A stretch of DNA of 63,772 bases, counting the filler, from Choristocarpus tenellus KU-1152 (lineage: Eukaryota > Protista > Phaeophyceae): NCBI GenBank assembly GCA_964200185.2. It is 12 parts of 12 records of this genome, joined end to end, with 100 filler letters (N's around TTAATTAATTAA, not from the genome) between each part and the next. Parts side by side here need not be neighbours in the genome. Positions count along the whole stretch, not along the records: positions 23,021 to 29,165 come from CAXNAD020008838.1; positions 29,266 to 37,924 come from CAXNAD020004467.1; 10 more parts are not named here. The stretch is one strand, 5' to 3'. Positions 25,605-37,736 of this stretch are shown one piece after another. A program made the position numbers and the translations under genes. Under the pieces are notes generated by a model. It did no database searches and was not told where the DNA came from. It saw only the letters and a list, made by a program, of their open reading frames with translations. Numbering within the stretch: position 1 is the stretch's first letter; each line of letters starts with the position of its first letter.

Positions 25605-28600
25605 ATGGGTAAAGTCAAGCATAGAAGCAATGGCGAGGGAGCGTCAGAGCTAGAGCGACCGGCCAAGCGCAAGCGGGCAATTGCCGTGCTGGAAACTGAT
25701 GACAATCCTCCACAACTGGCTTCCACTGATGACGGTGGTGAGGTCAAATCGAACTCAGCGGATGGCGAAAAAAAGAAAGTGCAAAAGGATGAGGTAAGGT
25801 TTGGCAAACACCTTGCCTCCAGCGACAAGCGTGTACGTGACAAGACTTTGTCCTCTCTGAGAGAATGGCTCCACAAGCGCAGTGCGGGTGGGGTCCTGTC
25901 CGACATTGACCTGCTCAAGGTAAGCTGTGTGGACTAGTGCTAAATGCATAGGCCTTGCGCAATTCAGTGCGCGTTCTCTGTTTTCGTATGCCGACCCCTT
26001 TTCAGAAATCTATTGGTAATTCTTCAAATGGATTCGAGTAGATACATGTCCTGTTGTAACAGTGGTGTTGATTCGTGTACAATTTCTATGTATTTGCAGG
26101 CGTCAAGAACTAAATCCGTTGTAACTGTTGACCACTGATGCTTTACCCCATGCCTCTCCCTACTCGTATCCACAACCCATCAAAATAGCGCATCCTTCAT
26201 CACCAACATAATCGTGTGGTTAGCTGTGCTTTTTGAACGGAGGGCAGGCTGAACCCCCGGCCCTTTCTATGTGTTCACGTGCTCTCTTTCACCTTCTAAG
26301 GTACCCATACTGGTCTTGACTACAACTCTCCCTACAAAGGGTCCTTGTGTAACCTTCTGGAGCTATTATACTGCAATCACCTTGTCAAGGCGTGTGTTGA
26401 TATAATTTCACTCCTTTCCTCCCCCTACGTATTTAAAACTGTTTATGCTACTTGGGGTTAGATATGGCGGGGTCTGTGGTACTGCATGTTCATGTGTGAC
26501 AAGGCGCACATCCAACTGGATCTGGCCAATAATCTAGCTGGTCTTCTTCATCTTTTTCGTGAGGATAAAGTAGAAGGGGTGCGATTTCTGCAGGCCTTTT
26601 GCATCACCATGCAGAGGTGTGTAGGTTTTCTCCAACTGCAAAATTCCCTGTGGCTTGTATCTTTGTTTTCCTTCAGTCATCTGATGCACCTCCCCTTCTA
26701 TACCTTTTAAGAACTATTTGGCATTATGGATTGTACTTCTGCTAGTGTTGCAATGGCATACTATACCTTTGTTTGACAAGAAGGAATGTAACCTACTGCA
26801 TGTAAGGCCCAGACTCTCTTCCCCTCCTAATTTCTGAATGGAATGCCAATAGGATTGCACTGGATTTGCCTTCAATTTCTTTGTGACACTTTTATTCTTG
26901 TAGTCAGTTCAAATTGGTGCCTAAGAAGCTGTTTCACCAGCTTGCATGTATTTCTACCTGTGTCTAATCTCCCCCTTCTTCCCCTCTTTTGTTGCTTCCT
27001 GTTTCTTCTGTAAATGCATTGTACGTAGAGACTGGGGAGTGATTGACTATCATCGCATGGATAAATTCTTAAGTCTGGTTCGCCTCTTCTTCCGAGAAAC
27101 GATCCGCTTCTGCATAAGTTCAGATCGTTCAGGAGGAAGCGCTGGGTTGGAGGTTGAGGGCTCTAATACTGCTGCTGCTGCTGCTGCCAGCCCTGTATCA
27201 CCATCTTCTTCAGAGGACAGGCAAGGGCAGAGAAAAAAGAAGAGGCGCAAAAAGCCTTCCAGAGGTAAGGCTAGGGTTTTTGCGTTGTGTGCATGTTTTT
27301 TTGGTGTATGGCTGTATGCAATGTGGATTGTTAGGGATGTGTGTTAGTCTTTTTTTGCCTATTTGTGGTGTTGTAGAAAGCATGTGTGACACAGCAAGTC
27401 TGGTATCGAGCAATAGATTGATCAAGGGAGAGAAGGGGGATGTTGGTGTGGTAGTATGTGAACGACATGAAATCTCATACTGTCTCATATTGTTTGTGTA
27501 GCTTACAACCAGAGATGATGTAGTATTGTCTGTTGCTGAAGTTCACTTCAAGAGTGAATGGCTTTTTCCCACCAAATAATGGCTAAGGCGCTTTCATCTT
27601 CGGTGTAAATTTTTCATGTTATGTTTAAATCGACAGAGCAGTCTCCAACAGATTAACTATTACGCCTTTTCATTCTTCCTTCAATCAACGGTGAACCCCG
27701 GAAAAATATCTTCAAGTGGAACTAAGGCTTAGGTCAAAAGGAGGAGGATACATGAGGAAAGTATTGAGGACACGGATCAGAAAGCAAATAGAGTGGGATG
27801 GTGTTGCGAAGGAAGGATGCGCAAGGATGTATATGAGGAAGTATTGTTTTCGTCCACAACTACAAGTTTGGAGGAGGAAAGGACCCAATCATTCGTATGA
27901 ATCGAGATGCGCCCAACAGCATCTTGGGCTCATAGAACGAAGATAATAGTCAATTATTTGAATTGTATGATAATGCACAGCTCAAGGAGTTGCTGGCTTG
28001 TATCATGAGCAGGTAGTGACTACGATATATTTGTTTGAAGTTCAAGGGTTTGCGCAAATGAACTAGGGTGCAACAAACCCTAACTAATATTATTACTAAT
28101 CCCTGATGCAAAACTACAAAATTCAAGAGAGTGACAATAAAAGTTGTCTTGTGTGTAGGAAAGAATCTCTTTGTATGTATACTATCTGATTTATCTGGTC
28201 AATTTTTTTTAAGGAGTTGGACGGTGCAAACTGTTTTTTTTTGTTGCAACATACAGCATTAAAACTTTTATGATGTAATTATTCTTGTCTGTCTCCTTCT
28301 TGATGCTTTGATCTGTTTCTTTTATGTGTGTGTCGGTGTGAGCAGGAGTTACTGAAGAAGTTACAGGGGATGGTGGCGATATTTGTTTGACCACAAGTTG
28401 GGACAGGGAGATATTGAGAAGTGTCATTAGTGTGCTTGAAGAGGAGGTGATTGCCTGTACCGGACCAAGTGGCCTCCGCCTATTTCTTGCAGAAGTTTGG
28501 GTTGAGGAATTATGCAGGTGTGAAGGTATTTCTAGTGTGGTATTTTTTGGGAAGAGGAAATGGTTGAGATGAGTAGGAGTAGGAGGTGTCATCAAGTGTG

Positions 28601-29102
28601 TCGCTTTAGGTTCTACAGTGTGTGTGTGTATTTTAAGTGTTGCAATGGCATGTGGATGAATCTACACGTGAAAGGATTAGAAACTGTTTACATTTTTGCC
28701 ATTAATTTATTTCTGAATAAAAGTATACCAGTTGGCCCCATCCTGCTAACTTGAGCTACAATTCACCATTCCTTTTATCACTCCCCCCTAACCCTGCTAT
28801 ATGACTGTCACTAAAGGGTGGGCGGGGATAACATCACGACAGAAGTATTCCTTGATGCTATTGCCCCATGGCTCCGTGTGGCAGCCTCCCCAGCAACAAA
28901 TGATGTCCTCTTTGGGCGGACAATGTCGCGTGTATTGGAAGAGGTCCTTAAGTACTTCCCAACATGTGCAGGAGGGGGAGAAGAGAGTGAGATGGAGGTG
29001 GATAAAGAGGGGGGAGGGGAGGACACTTCACACCCTGTGTTCAAGGTGGTTGACCTTTCGGCTCTACAGGCGTGTGTGTTTGAGGTCGCTGCAGCTGAGC
29101 AG
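25605..29102 (+). CDS. RRP1: Ribosomal RNA processing protein 1 (Nop52/RRP1 family), 3'-truncated by contig end
   Basis: Exons 25605-25919, 26462-26616, 27029-27264, 28346-28517 and 28817-29102 join in frame. Nop52 motifs: FGKHLASSDKRVRDK, KIWRGLWYCMFMCDK, RDWGVIDYHRMDKFLSLVR, GLRLFLAEVWVEEL. Confidence 0.95.
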
Positions 29103-29876
29103 GTAAGGCAATGGCGTTGATGATGTGTTGTGTGCTTTGGTTTCTCATTGCCACATCTTTTGCATNNNNNNNNNNNNNNNNNNNNNNNNNNNNNNNNNNN
29201 NNNNNNNNNTTAATTAATTAANNNNNNNNNNNNNNNNNNNNNNNNNNNNNNNNNNNNNNNNNNNNCATGGGAAGCCAAGCCCCAAATGGACAAACAGGGC
29301 AAAACTCGTACCCTCTAAGATACTTTCACTCAGAATTAGCTGTATGGACTGCGATTGGGGCTACTAAGAGCATAGAAAATATAGATGCCTTTGGCCTTTT
29401 GTACACAGGCGAATTCATCACAGTGAGCGGCGAGTTGGTGGGCCTGAGCTACCTCGTATGGTTGGGGAATGGAGTAGTGTGTGTGGGTGATGCAATCCGC
29501 AAATTCAGTATACCTTTCTAGAAAGAACAAAACTCCTTCGTACAAGTCGTCTGGGCAAGCTTATCGGAGGCGAGGGTTTCAAGGTGACCTGGCTGGATAA
29601 AGGACTAATTCAACAACACATTGGGTTTGGCGTTTAGAGTTGATACACACAACGGAACCTTGCAAGAAGCATTGGGTGGGTATTGCGTGTAACGTTTTGC
29701 TATAGGCTAGCCTTCTAGTGAAACGACATTTTTCGCTCTTTTGTGAGTGTCCAAGGAGTTGTTCAAGGTTTGAATTATCGTATGGTTCGGAGTATTGCTC
29801 TTACTCCTGTTTCTTACGCACACTGAAACAGCACATGATCATTCTTGGCTGGTGGTGGTCGAAAAGCAAGAATTAC

Positions 29877-29996
29877 CTTTTCTGCGATGGCCTTGATCTC
29901 GGATGGGTAAAACTTTTCTTTTTCGTCTGGCTTCATGATATAGTTCGGGAGCACGATCTCCACCACAGGTTGGCCACGTTTGGGCTCTTCGGACAT
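29877..29996 (-). CDS. Tctex-1 family dynein light chain (TCTEX1D2-like), first exon only
   Basis: MSEEPKRGQPVVEIVLPNYIMKPDEKEKFYPSEIKAIAEK|gtaatt carries the N-terminal Y...P...F.P..+..I Tctex signature. Later exons were not found before the contig edge. Confidence 0.7.
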
Positions 29997-30775
29997 GACA
30001 ACTTCGTGGATAATTATCGCGTGAAACTCTTAGGGACACAAAATCGTCGTACGACGCCTTCTCCTAGACTTCTACACTTCTGTTCAAATATACTCAATAA
30101 AGTACTTTATAACCCGCGTTTGTCAGTTTGACAGTTTGTGTACTTTACTACTACCTCCAAAGATTTCTAGGTCCGAGGTGTCCGATTTTGATGGCGTGAT
30201 TGTCGTTTCGAAAAAAAAAGGAAGTATTTTCAGTTAGTGTTATGTTTCTCATCTTCAGTTCAGCCATCCTCCGTTATCTTGCCTTCTCTCTCGAAACTTG
30301 GACCCAAATCTTTGTCGCTCAGGGATGAAGCCTTGCCACCTCGCTCTTGGTTTGACGTTTATATGATGTAGGGACGGATAGTACAGCGCAGGTAAACAAT
30401 TCGTAGTGGTTGCCAGGCGGGAATTTGGATCATCAAAACAGAATCCCTTTAAAAGAACTCGCGAAATTAATTCAAGGAAAGCTCCCATTAAACACTGAGT
30501 CTCAAGGACTGGGTTTGGCCCTTCACCTTCTCATTCACGAGGCTGATACTTGACCACTGAGCTATGAGAACGCTCTATATTTGCACCCATGAACTCCTTC
30601 AAAGGTCATGGTTTCTTCCATACTAGCATTTGTATTGTACTTTATCTATGCTAAGTATATATATATATATGCCTGTAATCAAGTATGCTTTGATTATCTT
30701 AGAAGGGACAAGTCATGCCAAGGGATAGACTAGCCTATCACAAGTGATGTTGCATCTTACAATATCCACACTTAA

Positions 30776-30913
30776 CAGCCAATTTCAAAAATTGAGGATG
30801 GAGCTTTTCATTGAGGATGGGCTTGACNNNNNNNNNNACCCCAAATTGACTGGGATAAAGTGTCGATATGTTTTTTTTTGTATTGTTACATTTGTTACAT
30901 TTGAAATCGGCTG
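30776..30913. mobile_element. Foldback MITE family B, internally deleted copy (contains a 10-N gap)
   Basis: Begins CAGCCAATTTCAAAAATTGAGGATGGAGC and ends TTTGAAATCGGCTG; homologous to 31261-31452. Confidence 0.8.
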
Positions 30914-31260
30914 TTACTTATCTATCTAGATGTAGGGAGAAAGTTCGTTATTGGTTTTAATATTGTAGAATGCTTATCAATTCCTTGTGTAGTTATACGA
31001 TGTGCTATATGCCAACCCATCACCTCACGTTCTTTCACCATTGTCTGTACCATTGAGCATTTTATTATGTGGGGGGGGGATAGTAATGGGAATATTCCTA
31101 TATTATTTCAAACCAACAAATTAACTCACAAATAAAATTTGCCTTCAATCAATGTAAGACTAATGTCTTTTTTGCTTTTGCATATGGTATTCACTACTAC
31201 AGCCCTTCACAGGTTGTGAGTATCGATGAGACCTTTCGCAATTGTATGTGTGTACGATAA

Positions 31261-31452
31261 CAGCCGGTTTCAAAAATTGAGGATAGAGCTTTTAATTGAG
31301 GATGGGCTTGAAATTGACTGGGATAAAGTGCCGATATGTTTTTTTCTGTTTTGTCATTAAAAAAAAATACATATCGATACTTTATCCCAGTCAATTTTGG
31401 GTCAAGCCCATCCTCAATTAAAAGCTCCATCCTCAATTTTTGAAATCGGCTG
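31261..31452. mobile_element. Foldback MITE family B, complete copy with about 85-90-bp inverted arms
   Basis: CAGCCGGTTTCAAAAATTGAGGATAGAGCTTTTAATTGAGGATGGGCTTGA...GACTGGGATAAAGT is mirrored by ACTTTATCCCAGTC...TCAAGCCCATCCTCAATTAAAAGCTCCATCCTCAATTTTTGAAATCGGCTG. Confidence 0.9.
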
Positions 31453-33451
31453 TTTGATGGAGAAAAACAAATATAAGTGCAATCTCAGATATTTTCTCGC
31501 TTGTAATAGCAAATAATGAAGACAGCAAAGTTTCTGCACTTACCCACACTTCGCCAACTTTCCAGGTACATCGTTATCCATTCCCATCTCTTCTTTTCAT
31601 CATCGACTCAACATGTCGAAAAATGACCAAAATTTTGAAGCGAAATAGTGATTTCGAAATTTTGGGTGGATTTTTTTCATCCTTATTCTTCGTTTTTCTC
31701 CGTTCATTGTTTCAGGGTCTTTACGGCGTTCCAAACAGCGCCAACAAGTTTTGATCCAGATTTTTTTGGTGGAGAGACGTCTTCCTGTATATGTTCTTTT
31801 TTGTAAATGTTGCGGCACTTTTGAAGGGCCCCTCTACGAATAATTGATCAGTTGGATCATATAGCACGACTGCACACACAATCCGTGAATAGTGATCTCA
31901 CTAGAAAATAGGCCCCCAGTCTGATGAGGGGCATTGATCGAGCCGAAAATTATTCTTACTCACAACTATCTCTATATTTTGTTGTCTGGAGCATTTATTT
32001 ATTTTTTGGTCAAGTGATTGATGTGTTCGTAGAAGCTGCAGTACAGTGTGTCCATCCCTTTCCTGATTGAGCATGAAGCAGGGTGTCCCACATCATATAA
32101 AAAGTACTGGTAGTGTTTGATTGTTGTTCTAGGCTTCCATCTTCCATCTCAAAGTTAGTTCCTTCTCTTCATATTTTTATGTGGTGTACTGTACACTAGT
32201 CGGTATGTCAAAGTGGAACTGGGTGGGTTGACTGAGTGGAGGCAGTCGGCAAAGGAGGTAGAGGACGAATTCTTTATTTCTTTGCCATGAGAGAAAGTGC
32301 CAGGCCTGACATATCACAGATCGATTCAATTGTTACGTTTGCTCTATCACTCACGTTGCATGTCAAGCAGAGAGAGGAAGACGGTCAACTTTTCCTGTAG
32401 CCAGTGAGTTAGTTGGTTGTGTATCATCCCATTGCGGGGGGTTTCAGTTACTTCAGACATTCTACATTGGACAAGTGGTTTCCAGATTTGAGGCTACTAG
32501 AATATAGTACTGTAAGAATACCACGTACAACGATCCACTGTTCAGGCTATATACAAACTTGTCTTGCAAGCTTTCACAACAAGCCCAGTACCCCAAGGAA
32601 AATATCAAGATAGAACACTCCTCCTACAAAAGATTGAAAAACTGACATATTAAGCAAAACGACCAAAAATTGGGTACCTCTCGTTTACTTTGGCTCCCAC
32701 CTGGTATGATCGGAAAATTATATTTCCATAGGTAAGAACATTGTAAGAAGCTACAACAGGTGTAACACTTTTTTTCTTTTAAAGGTTTTGCTTGCCCTCA
32801 AAGCCCAACGTCAATTCACACTTATTACGTGACTTTCGTGGTTCTGTAGACAATCAATTACAGGGCTAACCGCAAAATGGAAGCCTTGATCAATTCATGC
32901 TTACAATTTCAAGAATCCAGTTTGGTTACCCAGCTGTTACAAGAGGGTCAGAAAGACTTGCAGGAATATATGCTTCAGCTTAGGCTGCAAAAAATATGAG
33001 GTATTTGTATGTTGGACATAGTAGGCATTGATTGGCCCCCTGCTAATGAAAAGCATGGCACACATAGAGTCAGACAGTTCATCTATCGCAGCATTTGGCA
33101 GAAACCCATTCCTTTAAGGGCGAAAAAGTGAGAAGAGTCCTTTCAATGCACACAAAGCATGAAAAATTGTGACACCAATGCCATCGAATCTGACCTCCAT
33201 TTCCCATGTACTGAAACAAGGATAAATGCTTCAGAGGAGATGTCCTCGTCAAATACCCCCCCACGAAGTAGAGACACTTGATGGATTGAATTTTCTTTTT
33301 TGACACACAAGTATCACTGGCCTTATCTCGCTGAGTGAAATGAATCAGGGGTTAAGCACTTACTGGGGGAGCACACTACAGCAGTATATCTTCCATCGCC
33401 CCCCACTACACCAAGCCACCTCATTACATTGCCCCATCATCGAAGGCAGGC

Positions 33452-36400
33452 CTACCATCGAAGTCCTTTCTGCCTGCCCATTGATGCAGAACTTTTACCT
33501 TCCTCTCCACCTGTTGGGGATGTACCCCCGCCAAGCTCTGCCACAACAGCCCCACTCACTTCCTGTCCTAATCCCTCCCCCACCCCCACAGCTGATGGAG
33601 CAATACTAGCACCGGAGGCAACCTGTACTCTTTCCGCCATTGCTTCTCCCTCCAACCCCATCCTCCTCAGTGCACCGGGACTGGCCAAAGAAGAGGAAAC
33701 ACGGCATACGTATGTCTTCATAGCCTTTCCTCTCTTCAGGTTCTCCCTCCTCAGCTTCACCTGGTCCTCGCCATCAAGGTGAATCTGGAAGTCTTCTGGT
33801 GAGAGTTCCACCTTCCATGCTATTGATTCCACTACATCGCTCATGCCCCGACCATCTCCACACTTGTGGGTCGAAGGCTGATCATCCCTTTGAGCATCCA
33901 ATTGCTTGCGGTGTTGACGGTACCTCGCCTTACCATTTTTGGCAGACGCCCCAAGATCCCCTTTTGCATCCTCATCATCCGACAGCTTGCTACCAAGGCC
34001 CAAGTCCCAGGCCTCCCAGCTAAAAATCTTACCCCTCTCAGAACGGTACCACTTCATTTGATCTGTAGCATACTTCCTTGTCTTGGCTGCAAATGCTAAA
34101 AAGAGCTCATGAAACCGAGCTTCTGCTGCTGTTGTGTCTGTCCTCACCCCTCCTCCACTTCTACTGTGGCAATCATCCAGTGTTTTCTTATCTGCCTTGC
34201 CCGATATCTGGCTGTCACCTCCCACTTTAGCCCCAGCACTGGCAAAGGGTTGTGTGACACCACTCCAACCCCTGCTCCCGCCACCACTGACGTTTTCCAC
34301 GAAGGCGGTTGGTCCTTCCCCACAGAGATAGTCAATTACTTGGCGGTATCCTATGCTTCGTCCAGCGGGTGTTTCAGGTCTGAGGTGTCCATCTACTAGA
34401 AGATCTGCTACCTCCCTTGGAAGCCCCTTCGACAGCATATCTTCACACCTGTGTGGGTAGGCCAGCATGAAATAGACTCTTGGATGAGGGATTGGGGTTT
34501 AGGAGATCTAAACCCAAAGGAAAAGTACAAGGGTGCATGAAAGTGTGGTTAGGAAGAGGCATCGCACAGTGGGGAATGGTGCACTGTGGCAATATGATAC
34601 ACAGCACAGGCATGACCGACACCCAAATTTCTGCACGATGCAGTCCGGGCAATGCTGACATACTTCTGATTGGTCAGTTATACCAGAAGCTAACAAGTTT
34701 GTGCGCAAGAATATGCCTCTTTAACTCTATTGTGAAAGAATGATGTGTGTGAGTTTGTTGAGAGGAAATCATTTGTAGTGTAGAACAAGAAGCAGCGACT
34801 GATAGCTGTTGGTGTGGGGATGGTTAGTTCCAAAGGAAGAGTTCCAATGGAAGGTGGGTATAGGAGGTCGGAAATATTTTAGCAAGCAGTGAGTAAGTAG
34901 TGACCAGAGGATCAATGGTAGTGCCTAATATTTGGCACAGTCAGCATCAGTATAGCTAAATTGCTGATCCCTTGGTCCATGGAGTAGTGCCCTCTCGAGT
35001 ACCCACACCAATCAAGTCTTGATTTCTCAACATTCAACCAATCAGACATACTCAGATTCTCCACACACAATGCCAACTCAGAAATCACCAAAGACAGATA
35101 AAAGGTGAAGATAGTCATGTAGCCGCCCCTGTATCCCACTATCCAACAAAATCCATGCATATTTTGGCTGGTGAGATATAGTGGGCAACTGTAATGACTA
35201 GGCCTGATGTGTCTTCTACAGTTCGTGAGTTGGCATGACATGTGGAGAATCTGAGTTCGTCTGATTGGTTGAATACTGAGAAATCAATATGGGATTTGTT
35301 AGGCACTCGAAAGGGCTTACTTTTGGAATTCGAACTGTATGGGAATGGACCAATGAACCAGCCGATTTTTCTATACTGACGCTAATAATGCTAACTGCAA
35401 GTAGAGTAGGTCATCCATTTCTGGTGGTGTGGCATGTTTTGGGGAGGATGCATTGGCTGGAAGTCAAGGAGGCAGAAAATGGATACATTTGTCTAAATGC
35501 TGAGGCTGAGTATGTCGTAGTGGGCAAGTTAGGGAAAGAGGTAATGTTACTTGAGCGGGGTAAGATATTTATGCAACAAGCTCGCCAGGAGTACTCTGTG
35601 TCGATATATAAGGATAACAACGGTGCTATAATGATTGCTCAGAAGGCAGTGTCTGGGGGTAGGACAGAGTGCTTCAGCGTGCACCACCACCATCACTATA
35701 AATGCCAATTGGAAATAGAAGGGGAGATTGCCATTGGGTGTTTACCAGCTGAGTTCCAACGCATGCAGACCTCTTACGAAGAATCTGCCAAAGGCAGCTT
35801 TCAATAATAGACATACCAAAGCAACATTGTTCAGACTATGGAGTGGGGTTGAGTAGGTGTTTAATATATACTGTTGGGCTGAGATAGTGCGGTTGCTTGT
35901 CTCTTTCTGTGTGTTTTGAAAGCAAGGGAGCATGTCAAGTATGCGACTCTCTTGCCAATGCCTGAAAGCAAGGTAGGTGCAAAACAGTTACTGACCGGTG
36001 GAGAAAAGAACAAAGAGGTGACCCAGACAATCGTTCCATAGTTGTTCGTGGAGGAATATTTCCAATCGAAGCAAACCCAACATTGGGTTGATAATAATAA
36101 ATAATAAATGAATAATAATGATTTAATAAAAAGGAAACATTGTTGCAAGTGATTATATATACAGTGCCTTGTGGTAGAACACCCAATACTGCAGTGTTGA
36201 AGGGGTTGACACAGGCATGGCTTTGGATTAGCACACCAACATGTAGAGGAGAACAGAAGGGTTCGTGACATACTAGCACACAAAAAACCTCTCGTAGCCT
36301 AATAGAAATCCTGAAGCTTACATTCACTTTTAACTCTGAACAGATTCAACCTGTTTGTTGTTTGCCACAAAGAATTAACACTCCAACGCAATATTCTGGA

Positions 36401-36695
36401 CATGGAAAAAAAATAATTGCAGCCCTGCTTCGACCATTCACCAAATAATAGTCACCCTCTTGGGAATATTCTCATTGCCCTTCACTCCCCTGGCAACCGT
36501 CCAACACACTTCAAGCTACTCAGAACCACTACGAGGCAGCGATCCTCATTGTCACGCAAGCTGGCGGGAAACAAGGTGTTTGGGAGGGGGGGGGGGGGGG
36601 GGGGGGGGGGGAGGAGGAAAAAACGTTGAGAGGTACTGGGGGGAATTATTGAGAAAAATTATAATTTGTCGCCCTACATAGTAAAANNNNNNNNN

Positions 36696-36758
<63 letters not shown>

Positions 36759-37736
36759 GGGGACAGAGCAATAGCTCCAGTCGTACCTGGCGTCAATCTT
36801 CAAGAACATACTCAATCTGTCGCTCATGATACAGAAGCATCGGAAGTCATACTTATCACGACGAGCAGGTATCCTCCCATCGTCAAACAAAAAATCACCG
36901 GTGGCGCTGCGGACAATCTTTGCAACAGTGGCAGGGGACAATGCCCATGTGGTATGATGGGGGTAAGGGGCGAGGTGTGCGGGCTGAGGTGGGGCAAGGC
37001 TGGCGCGAATGTCTACATTAGTGTGAGCGGGGGGGGGTGGGGGGGGGGGGGGTAGGGCATTTGGGGCCTGGGAAAGGCGGAGCAGGCAGAGGACGTGCAA
37101 AGCAGTAGGCAATGTGGATGCGTGGGAAGTTTGTGTATTGTGAGATGTGTGTAAAAAATGGCGCTACCTTCCTAGTCCGGTATGATACATCATTGATTCT
37201 TCCGGGATGATTGCCGGTCTAGGAATATTTTTCGCCTCATGCAAGGTCCTACAAGGGGCTGTTTGTGTGCTAAGGTGTGCGCATCGCCCACTGGCTTTTG
37301 AGTGAATGTGTTATTCCCGAACTCATTGATGCATCTGCCTTTCGAGTGAATGTGTTATGTAACAGCCTTGCACGACGCAATCCCTGCTGTGAATAAGAAA
37401 ACAGTTGCAGCCCTCGGAAGAACATCACAAGCGATGCTCCCGGTCCAAAAATCAACGCGAGTCTCCAAACATTCCTTCTTTTTTTTTTTACTTTCCACTG
37501 ACTACTTTCCTGTCACACGTACACACAGGTGAGCACAAACACCTCCATGGGGGATATAAATCCATCGCAAGAAAAACCCTCAAAACACTTTCATTTTTTC
37601 TCAGCAACTGCTCATGTGTGTGCGTGTGTCCCCAATCCTCCATGCATCTCATAGTCACCTCCAGGGACCTGGACAGGCGGTACCAGTCGTTTCGCTCAAG
37701 CTGGTCTGCTCGTGCCCGGTTCACAGACTCCAGTAG
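33452..37736 (-). CDS. miaA: tRNA dimethylallyltransferase (MiaA / plant IPT9-like), 5' part missing
   Basis: Exons 37736-37659 (LLESVNRARADQLERNDWYRLSRSLE), 36917-36787 (IVRS...KYDFRCFCIMSDRLSMFLKIDA-R) and 34448-33452 (CEDMLSKGLPREV...AGRSIGYRQVIDYL...KTRKYATDQMKWYR...*). The IPP-transferase motifs are in the expected order and the phases are compatible. Confidence 0.93.
34939..35385. mobile_element. Degenerate long-TIR foldback element (family C) in a miaA intron
   Basis: Arms at about 34939-35082 and 35223-35385. GATTTCTCAACATTCAACCAATCAGACATACTCAGATTCTCCACA pairs with TGTGGAGAATCTGAGTTCGTCTGATTGGTTGAATACTGAGAAATC. Confidence 0.8.
35400..36082 (+). mobile_element. Ty1/Copia remnant: RNase H, purine tract and probable 3' LTR, antisense in a miaA intron
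   Basis: AEAEYVVVGKLGKEV...IYKDNNGAIMIAQKAVSGGRTECFSVHHH matches decayed EAEY / EDNQGAI / RTKHIDVRHH motifs. GGAGTGGGGTTGAGTAGG is followed by a TG...CA segment at 35858-36082. Confidence 0.85.

Noticed and set aside
36552-37112. Poly-Pro and poly-Gly ORFs, also at 22732-23238 and 46354-46731
   Set aside because: They arise from G/C homopolymers at gaps; only 36787-36917 is a real exon.
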